The translations under genes and the position numbers were made by a program. Below are positions 37,822-47,396 of a stretch of 64,000 bases of DNA, one piece after another. Below the pieces are notes generated by a model. It ran no database searches and was not told where the DNA came from. It saw only the letters and a program-made list of their open reading frames with translations. Numbering within the stretch: the first letter of the stretch is position 1; each line of letters opens with the position of its first letter. The stretch lies in assembly GCA_965220925.1 (NCBI GenBank), contig OZ244851.1, positions 4,410 to 68,409 on the forward strand, written 5' to 3'. The DNA comes from Thermodesulfobacteriota bacterium (GTDB lineage: Bacteria; Desulfobacterota_D; UBA1144; Nemesobacterales; Nemesobacteraceae).

Positions 37822-40407
37822 ATGCCCAAAGTAAGAGTACATCAGATCGCCAAGGAATTTGGCATAACCAGCAAAGAGGTGATAAGCGAAAGCGCGAACC
37901 TTGGAATGGGCGATACCGTGAATCATGCGCAAAACGCGCTCTCCGAAGCCGTGGCCCAAAAAATAAGAGAAGCGTTAACCGCACGTCTTAAAGAAAGCTC
38001 TTCGCCGCAGCCCGTCCCGAAGGATAAAGAAGTCGTAAAAATCCTCAAATCCGAAACCGGACAAGACGTGGTGGAAAGAAGAAGCGGTTCGAGGGTGGTC
38101 GTAAGAAGAAAGAAAAGAGTCGCGAAACCCAAAGAGGAAGAACTACAAGAAAGCGCGCCGGAAGCCGCTTCGCCACCCGAGCTGATTGAGCGGGAAATAG
38201 AGCCCGCTTCTTCGCCCGAACCCGAAGAGACGGAGAAACCGGAAGTTTCATCCGTCGAATTGGAGGAGCAGGTTGACGACTCGCCGAAGCTTGAAGAACC
38301 CGACGAACCTGAAGTTGCGGTGTCCGAGGAAGCCGACGATACGGATATTGAGTCTGAGCCGTCTCCTGCCGAGCCTGAAAAACTTGCCGAGAAACCCGAT
38401 GACGATAGCGAAGGTAAAAAGCAGAGGAAGAAAACAAAAAGAAGCCGACCGGCGCAAGAGGAAATTCACGATGAAGAAACTTTGGAGCAGTTAAAAAGAG
38501 CGTTTCGCGCCAAAGTTCCCAGTAGAAAAGAATACGTAATTCAAAACAAAAAACCCAAGCTCAGGCAGCATTTAGACGGAGGCGCGAAAAACAAAAAGTC
38601 GCTCTCCGGCGGGCTCGGTTCCGATGAACAGGCGCTTCCCGCCGCTTATTCCTCGAAAAGACCCATCAAAATCGGTGAAACGGTGATAGTGGCTGATTTT
38701 GCGAAGATGATGAGCGTAAAGGCTTCCGAAGTCGTTAAAAAACTAATGACGATGGGTATCGGAGCTACCCTAAACCAGTCCATAGACAGCGATACCGCCG
38801 AGCTTTTGGCGGATGAACTCGGCTTTGAAGTTACGGTTGAAAGGTTCGTTGAAGAGAATCTGCTTTTCGATAGGGAAGAATCTTCAGACTCCGAAAAAGT
38901 CTCAAGACCTCCGGTCGTTACGGTCATGGGACACGTGGATCACGGAAAGACCACTCTTTTGGATTCGATAAGGGAGACCGACGTGGTCGCGGGAGAAGCC
39001 GGAGGTATAACGCAGCACATAGGCGCCTACGCGGTAAAAGTTAAGGGATCCACGATAGTTTTCGTGGATACGCCGGGCCATGAAGCGTTTACCTCGATGC
39101 GGGCGCGCGGCGCGAGCATAACGGACATAGTGGTTTTGGTGGTGGCGGCGGACGACGGAGTGATGCCCCAGACGATTGAGGCGATAAATCACGCCAAAGC
39201 GGCGGGAGTTCCGATTATAGTCGCCATAAACAAAGTGGATAAGGAAGGCGCCGATGTGGAGAAGATCAAAAGGGAGCTTTCCGAAATAGGTCTCATATCC
39301 GAACAATGGGGAGGAGACACGCTTTTCGCCGAGGTTTCGGCGAAAAAGAAAAAAGGTATAAGCGAGTTGCTTGAACTTATTCTTCTCCAAGCCGATATTC
39401 TTGAACTGCGCGCTTCGCTTGACGGAAAAGCAAACGGCGTGGTGGTGGAAGCGGAGCTTGACAAAGGCAAAGGAGCCGTATCCACCGTTATCGTTAAGGA
39501 AGGCACTCTCAAAGTCGGGGACTATGTGATTTCAGGGGTGTTCGGCGGGAGGATAAGGGCGCTTACCGATGACAAGGGCAAAAAATTAAAAAGCGTCGGT
39601 CCCTCACTTCCGGCGAAGATTATGGGTCTTTCCGGGGTTGCCGAAGCCGGGGATAAGTTTTACGTGGTCAAAAACGATAAAGTCGCTAAGGAGATAATCT
39701 CTCATCGTCAGAATAAAATCAGATCCGCCCACCCTGTTTCAGCTCCCAAACTTTCGCTTGAGGATCTTTTCAGTTCCATAGAAAGTCAGGAAATCAAGGA
39801 ACTCTCTCTTATAATAAAAGCCGATACCCGGGGATCGGTCGAGGCTCTAAGGGAATCTGTGGAGAAACTCTCCAGCGAGAAATGCAGGGTTAAAATCGTC
39901 CACTTTGGAGTCGGCGGAATAAACGAAACCGACGTGGTGCTGGCAAGCGCTTCGAATGCCGTGGTGATAGGATTTAACGTGAGGCCGGATTCAAACGCGC
40001 TTAAAATTTCAGAAAAAGAGGGAGTGTCTCTCGAACTCCACTCGATAATTTACGATGTGGTGACCAGGATAAAAAACGCCATGGAAGGACTTCTGGAACC
40101 CGTGCACAAGGAAGTCGTGGTCGCTCATATGGACGTCAAAGAGCTTTTTCATGTGTCGAGAGTGGGAACTATATCCGGTTGCATGGTTTCCGACGGCAAA
40201 GTGAGCAGGGACGATAACATAAGAGTGGTTCGGGACGGCACGGTGGTTTTCGACGGCAAAGTGGGCTCCCTTCGACGTTTCAAAGAAGATGTGAAGGAAG
40301 TTTCCGCGGGATACGAATGCGGAATAACGATAGAGAATTTCAACGACGTCAAGCAAGGAGACGTCTTCGAGCTGTATAAGCTTGAAGAAATAAAGCAGCA
40401 ACTTTGA
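37822..40407 (+). CDS. infB: Translation initiation factor IF-2
   Basis: 861-aa ORF with an acidic/charged low-complexity N-terminal region. G-domain motifs [20 protein letters not shown] and NKVD, then C-terminal beta-barrel domains. Confidence 0.95.
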   Translation: MPKVRVHQIAKEFGITSKEVISESANLGMGDTVNHAQNALSEAVAQKIREALTARLKESSSPQPVPKDKEVVKILKSETGQDVVERRSGSRVVVRRKKRVAKPKEEELQESAPEAASPPELIEREIEPASSPEPEETEKPEVSSVELEEQVDDSPKLEEPDEPEVAVSEEADDTDIESEPSPAEPEKLAEKPDDDSEGKKQRKKTKRSRPAQEEIHDEETLEQLKRAFRAKVPSRKEYVIQNKKPKLRQHLDGGAKNKKSLSGGLGSDEQALPAAYSSKRPIKIGETVIVADFAKMMSVKASEVVKKLMTMGIGATLNQSIDSDTAELLADELGFEVTVERFVEENLLFDREESSDSEKVSRPPVVTVMGHVDHGKTTLLDSIRETDVVAGEAGGITQHIGAYAVKVKGSTIVFVDTPGHEAFTSMRARGASITDIVVLVVAADDGVMPQTIEAINHAKAAGVPIIVAINKVDKEGADVEKIKRELSEIGLISEQWGGDTLFAEVSAKKKKGISELLELILLQADILELRASLDGKANGVVVEAELDKGKGAVSTVIVKEGTLKVGDYVISGVFGGRIRALTDDKGKKLKSVGPSLPAKIMGLSGVAEAGDKFYVVKNDKVAKEIISHRQNKIRSAHPVSAPKLSLEDLFSSIESQEIKELSLIIKADTRGSVEALRESVEKLSSEKCRVKIVHFGVGGINETDVVLASASNAVVIGFNVRPDSNALKISEKEGVSLELHSIIYDVVTRIKNAMEGLLEPVHKEVVVAHMDVKELFHVSRVGTISGCMVSDGKVSRDDNIRVVRDGTVVFDGKVGSLRRFKEDVKEVSAGYECGITIENFNDVKQGDVFELYKLEEIKQQL

Positions 40408-40421
40408 AGCACGGGTTTTAA

Positions 40422-40712
40422 ATGGTTGTCGGTGTAGCGAGATTTGACGTCTATATGTCGGGCAACAGATCCCTAAAGGATAAAAGACGGTTGGTCAAAA
40501 GCCTTGTTGAGAGGACAAAAGCTAGATTTCCCGGCCTCTCCGTGGCGGAAGTAGATTCTCTCGATCTCAAGGGCAAGGCCACTTTGGGAATCGCCTACGT
40601 TTCAAACGACCTCTCCCTGGCCAATTCGGTTCTGGATAACGTCGTTTCTTACGTGGAAAGCGCGGGAAGCTTTCGCATGGGGGAAAAGCAAATGGAGTTC
40701 ATTCGTTTCTAG
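40422..40712 (+). CDS. DUF503 family protein (YlxP-like)
   Basis: 96-aa ORF. The MVVGVARFDVYMSGNRSLKDKRRLVKSL pattern matches DUF503, and it sits in the conserved infB-rbfA gap. Confidence 0.7.
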   Translation: MVVGVARFDVYMSGNRSLKDKRRLVKSLVERTKARFPGLSVAEVDSLDLKGKATLGIAYVSNDLSLANSVLDNVVSYVESAGSFRMGEKQMEFIRF

Positions 40713-40723
40713 AGTAACGGTGG

Positions 40724-41083
40724 ATGGTTCGCAAATTCAAAAGATCCGCGAGAATATCCGACCTGATAGCGAGGGAGATATCCGAAATGTTTCTGCGCGG
40801 ACAAATCAAAGATCCCAGAGTGTCGTCGGTAAACGTGACGGAAGTACGGGTTTCAGACGATATGGGACACGCGAAGATTTTCTTCGCCTCTTTTCAAGAA
40901 GATTGCGATATTGAGCGGACGCTCGACGGATTGAGAAACGCCACGGGCTATATAAAAACCTCGCTTGCGAAAAAATTGAAGATGAAAAAAATGCCGGAAA
41001 TAGAGTTTCAATACGACGATCTTGTCGAGAGGCGGGCTAGGATAGAAAGCATACTGAAGGATGTGTCCAATGAACGGGATTGA
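40724..41083 (+). CDS. rbfA: Ribosome-binding factor A
   Basis: 119-aa ORF with a KH-like RbfA signature (RISDLIAREISEMF, DPRVSSVNVTEVRVSDD). Confidence 0.85.
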   Translation: MVRKFKRSARISDLIAREISEMFLRGQIKDPRVSSVNVTEVRVSDDMGHAKIFFASFQEDCDIERTLDGLRNATGYIKTSLAKKLKMKKMPEIEFQYDDLVERRARIESILKDVSNERD

Positions 41084-42038
41084 CGATATTGTAAACCTTA
41101 TAAAGGAAAACCGAAGCTTTCTTGTGGTTTCTCATGAAAATCCGGATTGCGACGCTTTGGGCTCTACCCTGGGCATGGTTTTTGTTCTTCGCGATATGGG
41201 AAAAGACGCGATTGCGTACAACTCGGACGAGGTTCCGAGCTACCTACGTTTTCTTCCCGGCTCCTCTTTTGTAACCGATTCTTTTTCCCCCGCCGCCGCG
41301 AACGCGGACGCGATTATCGTTGTCGATTGCGCCGATATTTCCCGGCCGGGAAAAGAATTTGAGAATTTCGTCTCGAAAACAAACGCCGCCATGGCGTTTA
41401 TCGACCACCATGCGACGAACCGTTCGGATTCCAAATATCGCCTCGTGGACGAAAACGCTTCTTGCACCGCGGCGCTTATCTACAGAATTATAAAGCGTAT
41501 GGGGCTTTCTATAAGTTTAGAAATCGCCGAATGTCTTTTTTCCGGCATAGTCGGGGATACGGGCTCTTTTCGGTATTCGAACACCTCCGCGGGTACGTTC
41601 GAAATCGCCGCGGAACTCGTCAAAGGCGGCGCGGATCCTGAGAAAATCTCCAGATGTATCTACGACAACCAACCCATTCGAAAAATAAGACTGAGGGCTT
41701 TGGCGATGAAGACTCTTGAAGTGGACGAAGACGGTAAAACGGCCTTTCTGCACGTTTCAAAAGAGATGTTTGAACTGACGGATACGAAAAAAGAGCACGC
41801 CGAAGGTATCGTAAGTATCGCCAGGTCCATAGAAGGGGTGGAAGTCGCCGTTTTCTGTAGACAGGAGCCGAATTCCGAGTGGAAAATCAGCCTCAGATCG
41901 AAGCGATACGTCGATGTGGCTCGAATCGCCTCGCGATTCGGAGGGGGAGGACACAGAAAAGCGGCCGGTTGCAATATCTCCGCGCCGCTTGAGAAGGTCA
42001 AAAGCGAACTTCGCGCCGCGATTCGGGAGGAGATTTAA
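41061..42038 (+). CDS. nrnA: DHH/DHHA1 family phosphoesterase (NrnA-type oligoribonuclease / pAp phosphatase)
   Basis: 325-aa ORF with DHH motifs (SHENPDCDALGS, DHH at FIDHH), a DHHA1 C-terminal domain and a GGGH motif. Confidence 0.75.
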   Translation: MCPMNGIDDIVNLIKENRSFLVVSHENPDCDALGSTLGMVFVLRDMGKDAIAYNSDEVPSYLRFLPGSSFVTDSFSPAAANADAIIVVDCADISRPGKEFENFVSKTNAAMAFIDHHATNRSDSKYRLVDENASCTAALIYRIIKRMGLSISLEIAECLFSGIVGDTGSFRYSNTSAGTFEIAAELVKGGADPEKISRCIYDNQPIRKIRLRALAMKTLEVDEDGKTAFLHVSKEMFELTDTKKEHAEGIVSIARSIEGVEVAVFCRQEPNSEWKISLRSKRYVDVARIASRFGGGGHRKAAGCNISAPLEKVKSELRAAIREEI

Positions 42039-42949
42039 TGGACGGAGTCGTGGTTATCGACAAGCCAAGAGGCCTTACTTCCGCTCAGACGCTCGATAAA
42101 GTCAAAAAAACTTTGGGAGCTAAAAAAGCCGGTCACACGGGCACTCTCGACCCGTTTGCCACCGGAGTTTTGCCCACGTGCTTCAATCAGGCGACAAAAG
42201 CCATTCCATATATCGGAGACGATACGAAGGAATATGAAGCGACTATGATTCTCGGGGTTTCAACCGATACCATGGACAATACCGGGACGGTAATCAGTAA
42301 AAACGAAGGGAAAAACATCGACAGAAGGGAGATTGAGGAGGTAATCGGCGGTTTTCTTGGAGAGATAACGCAAGTTCCGCCGATGTATTCCGCCGCGAAG
42401 GTATCTGGCACGAAGCTCTACGCGCTTGCCAGAATGGGGAAGCGGATTGAAAGAAAACCGAAACGGGTTTCGATAGAGAAAATAAAACTTCTTGACTTCT
42501 CTTATCCCGAAGCCGCTTTTTACGTGAAGTGCTCCCGCGGGACGTATATCAGAGCTATAGCTTCGGACGCGGGAGACAAACTGGGCTGCGGAGCGCATCT
42601 CTCGGAGCTTAGAAGACTTAGAAGCGGTATTTTCACGTTAAACGACGCAAGCAGCATTGAGGATGTGGAATCCGGCAATTACTGCATGCTTTCTCTGGGA
42701 GAAGTTCTCGCGCGTTATCCCAGGGTTTGCGTGAGTGAAGGTTTTCGCAAAATAACGCGCGACGGAATTCACTTTCGCCGCGAGTTACTTTCGGATGTGG
42801 AGTTGCCCGAATTTAAAAATGGAGATATACTCACCGTCTTTTGCGGCGAGAGGATTCTTTCTATCTGCCAAGCCCAGGAGGATTCGGACAGGCTTGAGTA
42901 TATGGCGGATAAGGATATAGTGTTTCGACATTTAAGAGTGTTTAATTGA
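42038..42949 (+). CDS. truB: tRNA pseudouridine(55) synthase
   Basis: 303-aa ORF with the catalytic motif GHTGTLDPFATGVL and a PUA-like C-terminus. Confidence 0.9.
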   Translation: MDGVVVIDKPRGLTSAQTLDKVKKTLGAKKAGHTGTLDPFATGVLPTCFNQATKAIPYIGDDTKEYEATMILGVSTDTMDNTGTVISKNEGKNIDRREIEEVIGGFLGEITQVPPMYSAAKVSGTKLYALARMGKRIERKPKRVSIEKIKLLDFSYPEAAFYVKCSRGTYIRAIASDAGDKLGCGAHLSELRRLRSGIFTLNDASSIEDVESGNYCMLSLGEVLARYPRVCVSEGFRKITRDGIHFRRELLSDVELPEFKNGDILTVFCGERILSICQAQEDSDRLEYMADKDIVFRHLRVFN

Positions 42950-42981
42950 TAAAGCGGATAGTGTTTAGGAGGAAGTAAGTT

Positions 42982-43251
42982 ATGTCTTTGGAAAAAGAGC
43001 GAAAGACGCAAGTTATAAAGGAATTTCAAAAGCATGAAAACGATGTGGGTTCGGCGGAGGCGCAGATAGGGGTTTTGAACGCGAAAATAAACGAGTTGTC
43101 CGAGCATGTGCAAAGGGCTCCCAAGGATCATCACTCAAGAAGGGGGCTGGTTTCCATGGTTGCGAAGAGAAGAAAGCTGCTCAATTACGTAAAGAGAGTG
43201 AGGCCCGGGGAGTACGGAGCGCTTATTGAGACCTTGGGACTTAGAAAATAA
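42982..43251 (+). CDS. rpsO: 30S ribosomal protein S15
   Basis: 89-aa ORF with S15 signature (GSAEAQIGVLNAKINELSEH, DHHSRRGL). Confidence 0.95.
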   Translation: MSLEKERKTQVIKEFQKHENDVGSAEAQIGVLNAKINELSEHVQRAPKDHHSRRGLVSMVAKRRKLLNYVKRVRPGEYGALIETLGLRK

Positions 43252-43278
43252 AAAAACAGACGATCTGGAGGAAATGAA

Positions 43279-45390
43279 TTGACGGAACAAACGATACGAA
43301 TGGAGGCGGAGCTTTTCGGGGCGACTCTGCGTCTTGAAACTGGAAGGCTTGCTAGGCAGGCAAGCGGGGCGGTGCTCGCTTCCTGCGGAGGAACCACGGT
43401 GCTGGCTACCGTCGTCGCTTCGGAAGAAGCGATAGAAGATGATTTTCTGCCGCTTACGATTAATTATCAGGAAAAATCCTACGCGGCCGGAAAAATTCCC
43501 GGAGGCTATTTTAAAAGAGAAGGTCGTCCCAGCGAAAAGGAGATTCTTACCTCAAGACTGATCGATAGACCGATAAGACCCCTAATACCGAAAGGGTTCT
43601 GCTACCCGACTCAAGTTATAGTGACGGTTATTTCCGCCGACGGTGATAATGCCACGGACGTTCTTTCGCTAATAGCTTCTTCGGCGGCGCTTATGGTCTC
43701 CGATATTCCGTTTGCAGGACCCGTCGCGGCGCTTACCGTCGGGAAAATCGACGGAAAACTAGTTATAAATCCCTCTCCAGCCCAGCTTGACGAAAGCACT
43801 ATGGAGATAACGGTCGCGGGTACCGAGGAGGCTATCGTCATGGTTGAAGGAGGCGCCAAGGAAATAAGCGAAGCGGAAGTCGTGGAAGCTCTCACTTTCG
43901 CTCATGAGGGAATCGGGGAGATAATTTCTTTCCAAAACCGTTTCCTGGAAGGGTTGGAAAAAGAAAAAAGAGACGTCACCGAGGCGCAAACCGACGGAAT
44001 CGTCGAGGATAAAGTCCGCTCCAAAGCCATGGCTTTATTAAGCGGACAACCGATAGTGGCAGATTCCAAACTGAGTAGAAAAAAGCTTATAAAGCGTATT
44101 TACGAAGATACGACAAGCGAACTTGCGGCCGAGCACTCAGAAGACAAAGCCCGAATCGACAAGGCGTTTGACGACCTGATTAAAGACTGCGTAAGGAGCA
44201 AAATAGTCGAGGGAGTCAGGCCCGACGGAAGGGATTACACCACCGTAAGGCCCATATCGGGCGAGGTGGGGATGCTTGAGCGCACTCATGGGTCCGCTCT
44301 TTTTACCCGAGGGGAGACTCAGGCGATAGTTGTCGCGACTCTTGGAAGCTCCTACGACGAGCAGAGAATCGATTCGCTTGAAGGCGATCAGACGAGAAGC
44401 TTTATGCTTCACTATAATTTCCCCCCTTACTCGGTGGGGGAGACAAGCAACCGTCTTGGTCCCGGAAGAAGAGAGATAGGGCACGGCGCTCTTGCCGCGA
44501 GAGCTATAAAGCCGGTTTTGCCCGACAAAGAGAATTTCCCGTATACCATTAGAATCGTTTCGGAAATTCTGGAGTCAAACGGATCCTCCTCGATGGCTAC
44601 CGTGTGCGGTTCCTCAATGGCTCTTATGGATGCCGGAGTGCCTATAAGCGCCCCTGTGGCTGGAATAGCTATGGGCCTTATAAAAGAAGGCGATAAATTC
44701 GTCGTTCTCTCCGATATCCTGGGAGACGAAGATCATCTGGGAGACATGGATTTCAAGGTGGCGGGTACCCAAAACGGTATTACGGCTCTGCAGATGGATA
44801 TAAAGATAAGCGGAATAACGAAGGAAATTCTCACCACCGCGCTCTCGCAAGCCAAAGACTCCAGAATGCATGTTCTGGGGAAAATGGAAGAGATGATAAG
44901 CGTGCCCAGAGAAGAACTTTCTGAGTACGCGCCGAGAATTCTCACTATGCAGCTAAAACCGGAGAAGGTTAAAACCGTGATTGGCTCCGGCGGAAAGACC
45001 ATAAAAAAGATAGTTGAGGATACCGGGGCGCAGATAGACATACAGGACGACGGTCTTGTTAAGATTTTCTCGCCCGACTACGAAGCTTGCAAGAAAGCTG
45101 AGGACTATATAAAGAAAATAGTTGAAGATATTATTGCCGGCAAGTTCTATGTAGGAGTGGTCAAGCGTATTCTGGATTTCGGAGCGATTGTCGAGCTGGG
45201 TCCCGGAAAAGACGGACTTTTGCATATCTCCGAACTTGAAAACCGCAGAGTCGCCAAGGTGACAGATATTCTTAATGAAAAAGACGAAGTTCTCGTAAAA
45301 TGCCTCGCGGTTGAACGCGACGGCAAGGTGAGACTTAGCCGAAAGGCGGCGCTTGATCAGAATATAGAGGATTACAAAGTTTCCGATTAG
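43279..45390 (+). CDS. pnp: Polyribonucleotide nucleotidyltransferase (PNPase)
   Basis: 703-aa ORF with a TTG start. Two RNase PH domains, then KH (TVIGSGGKTIKKI) and S1 C-terminal domains. Confidence 0.95.
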   Translation: MTEQTIRMEAELFGATLRLETGRLARQASGAVLASCGGTTVLATVVASEEAIEDDFLPLTINYQEKSYAAGKIPGGYFKREGRPSEKEILTSRLIDRPIRPLIPKGFCYPTQVIVTVISADGDNATDVLSLIASSAALMVSDIPFAGPVAALTVGKIDGKLVINPSPAQLDESTMEITVAGTEEAIVMVEGGAKEISEAEVVEALTFAHEGIGEIISFQNRFLEGLEKEKRDVTEAQTDGIVEDKVRSKAMALLSGQPIVADSKLSRKKLIKRIYEDTTSELAAEHSEDKARIDKAFDDLIKDCVRSKIVEGVRPDGRDYTTVRPISGEVGMLERTHGSALFTRGETQAIVVATLGSSYDEQRIDSLEGDQTRSFMLHYNFPPYSVGETSNRLGPGRREIGHGALAARAIKPVLPDKENFPYTIRIVSEILESNGSSSMATVCGSSMALMDAGVPISAPVAGIAMGLIKEGDKFVVLSDILGDEDHLGDMDFKVAGTQNGITALQMDIKISGITKEILTTALSQAKDSRMHVLGKMEEMISVPREELSEYAPRILTMQLKPEKVKTVIGSGGKTIKKIVEDTGAQIDIQDDGLVKIFSPDYEACKKAEDYIKKIVEDIIAGKFYVGVVKRILDFGAIVELGPGKDGLLHISELENRRVAKVTDILNEKDEVLVKCLAVERDGKVRLSRKAALDQNIEDYKVSD

Positions 45391-45399
45391 ATCGTAGAA

Positions 45400-46332
45400 T
45401 TGAGTCCTACCGAGGAAAAACCGAAGCTTGTGGTCGTTTTGGGTCCGACGGCTTCGGGTAAGACCGAGACGGCGCTTGAAATAGCGGATAAAACCGGCGC
45501 CTGCGTGATTAACGCCGATTCCATACAAGTCTACAGATATTTCGATATAGGAAGCGCGAAGCTCGCCGAGGAGCAGAGGCGGGGAATTCCGCATTTCATG
45601 ATAGATATCGTGGACCCCGACGAGGAATTTAACGCCGGTGTGTACATGAGACGAGCTCTTGACCTCATAGGAGAACTTATCCGTAAGGGGGAAAGAATAG
45701 TTGTGGTGGGAGGGACTTTCCTCTACATAAAAGCTCTTCTTTACGGGCTTGTGGAAAACGTTCCGGTCGATCGGGAATTTAGAAATAGTCTTGCCCGCGA
45801 GAGGGATGTGAAAGGAACGAAGTCGCTTCACTTAAGGCTTAAATCCGTAGATCCCGAGTCCGCCGAGCGTATAAATCCGAATGATTACGTAAGGATTGAG
45901 CGAGCGCTTGAGGTTTATCACTCAACCGGTGAACCGATGTCCGATCATCAATTTCGCCACGGTTTTTCCGAGCGAAGGTTCGACTCTCTAAAAATAGGTC
46001 TTTTTCAAAGCAGGGATAAATTGCGTGGCACCATAGACAAAAGGGTTAAAGGGATGATTGATCGCGGCTGGGTTGAGGAAGTAAAAGCCATAAGAGCCAT
46101 GGGTTACGAAACCGATTTAAAACCCATGAAGTCCGTAGGGTACAGGCGAATCAACGAATTTCTTGACGGACGTCTTAATTTGGAAACGGCGGCGGAGGCG
46201 ATAAAAACGGATACTAAGAGGCTTGCCAAAAGACAACTTACCTGGCTTCATGCCAAAGCCGGAATAAATCGCTTTGATCCCGCCAGCGAAAAAAACTCTA
46301 TACTTGAATCTTGCCGCGAATTTTTCGACTGA
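45400..46332 (+). CDS. miaA: tRNA dimethylallyltransferase
   Basis: 310-aa ORF with a TTG start. P-loop GPTASGKT and the MiaA core motifs. Confidence 0.85.
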   Translation: MSPTEEKPKLVVVLGPTASGKTETALEIADKTGACVINADSIQVYRYFDIGSAKLAEEQRRGIPHFMIDIVDPDEEFNAGVYMRRALDLIGELIRKGERIVVVGGTFLYIKALLYGLVENVPVDREFRNSLARERDVKGTKSLHLRLKSVDPESAERINPNDYVRIERALEVYHSTGEPMSDHQFRHGFSERRFDSLKIGLFQSRDKLRGTIDKRVKGMIDRGWVEEVKAIRAMGYETDLKPMKSVGYRRINEFLDGRLNLETAAEAIKTDTKRLAKRQLTWLHAKAGINRFDPASEKNSILESCREFFD

Positions 46333-46343
46333 TCGAAGTTTCG

Positions 46344-46772
46344 TTACTTTCTCTGCGGATCTTTGTAAGAATGGATCGTTCGCAATATTATCACCGCGCC
46401 GATTAGAACGGAAAGCACGGGCAAAAGCCATAATATAATACTGAACCCTTTGGCGGGAGGGGATGCGAGAATCGTCTCTCCATAGCTTGAGACGAAATAA
46501 TCCACTATCTGTTCCTTCGTCTCTCCCTCGAGCAATTTCGTTTTTATAACGGCCCTCATGTCTCGGGCAAGTTGGGCGTTTGACTCCGCCACGCTTTGAC
46601 CCTCGCAAACAGGGCACATTAGTTCCGCGGAGATTTCGGCGATTCTGTCTTCCAAAGTGTCCGCGCTTGCGCAAAAGGGAATTAACAAAAGGAGCGGGAA
46701 AAAAAGAAGCTCGGCACTATGCATTTTGCGAAAAAGGCGACTCAAGTGTCTATAACTACTGAAGTTTTTCAT
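46344..46772 (-). CDS. ccmH: Cytochrome c-type biogenesis protein CcmH (CxxC apocytochrome reductant)
   Basis: 142-aa ORF with a signal peptide, the LMCPVCEGQSVAESNA redox motif (equivalent of LRCxxC) and a C-terminal TM segment. Overlaps the ccmG stop. Confidence 0.7.
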   Translation of the reverse strand: MKNFSSYRHLSRLFRKMHSAELLFFPLLLLIPFCASADTLEDRIAEISAELMCPVCEGQSVAESNAQLARDMRAVIKTKLLEGETKEQIVDYFVSSYGETILASPPAKGFSIILWLLPVLSVLIGAVIILRTIHSYKDPQRK

Positions 46773-47311
46773 TTGCCCGTACCCGCTCCGGCACCCCGAA
46801 GATAGTGCGTAATCATCTTTTCGGTAAGCGGTCCTCTGTGTCTGTTGGTGACAATTCCGTCGGGATTTATGAAAAATGTTTCCGGAACTCCCCCTATTCC
46901 GTAATCGAGGTGAATTCTGTTTTCCGGGTCGTAAACGTTGATAAACTTCTCTCCGAACGATTCTATGTACTTTTGCGCGCTTTTCATGTCATCCATTATG
47001 TTTATTCCTATGAATTCAACACGTTTGTTCGAAAACGACATATGCGCTTTCGCAAGTTCCGGAGCTTCTTCTTTGCAGGGGTTGCACCAGGAAGCCCAGA
47101 AATTCAAAAGCAGCGACTTTCCTCTAAAGTCGGAAAGCCTTACTTTTTCCCCTTCAAACGATTGCAGCGTGAAATCTGGGGCGGGTTTTCCGACGAGGAC
47201 GGAAGGAGTTTGAGCGTCTTTATTTCCGGCAAGTCCGGTCCAAAGGGAGTAAACCAGCAACGCCGTGAGTGAAAAAGCGACGGCGACCGAGATAACAGTA
47301 GATGTTTTCAT
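46769..47311 (-). CDS. ccmG: Thiol:disulfide interchange protein CcmG/DsbE (TlpA-like thioredoxin)
   Basis: 180-aa ORF. N-terminal membrane anchor, thioredoxin active site WASWCNPCKEE and a GVPETFFI cis-Pro region. Confidence 0.75.
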   Translation of the reverse strand: MKTSTVISVAVAFSLTALLVYSLWTGLAGNKDAQTPSVLVGKPAPDFTLQSFEGEKVRLSDFRGKSLLLNFWASWCNPCKEEAPELAKAHMSFSNKRVEFIGINIMDDMKSAQKYIESFGEKFINVYDPENRIHLDYGIGGVPETFFINPDGIVTNRHRGPLTEKMITHYLRGAGAGTGK

Positions 47312-47396
47312 GATTGAACTTCGATTTTTCTAGCCTTAGAGGCTCTTTTGGTTATCATTCCACAAGTCCCTAACTTACTTTATTATAATTGATTTT

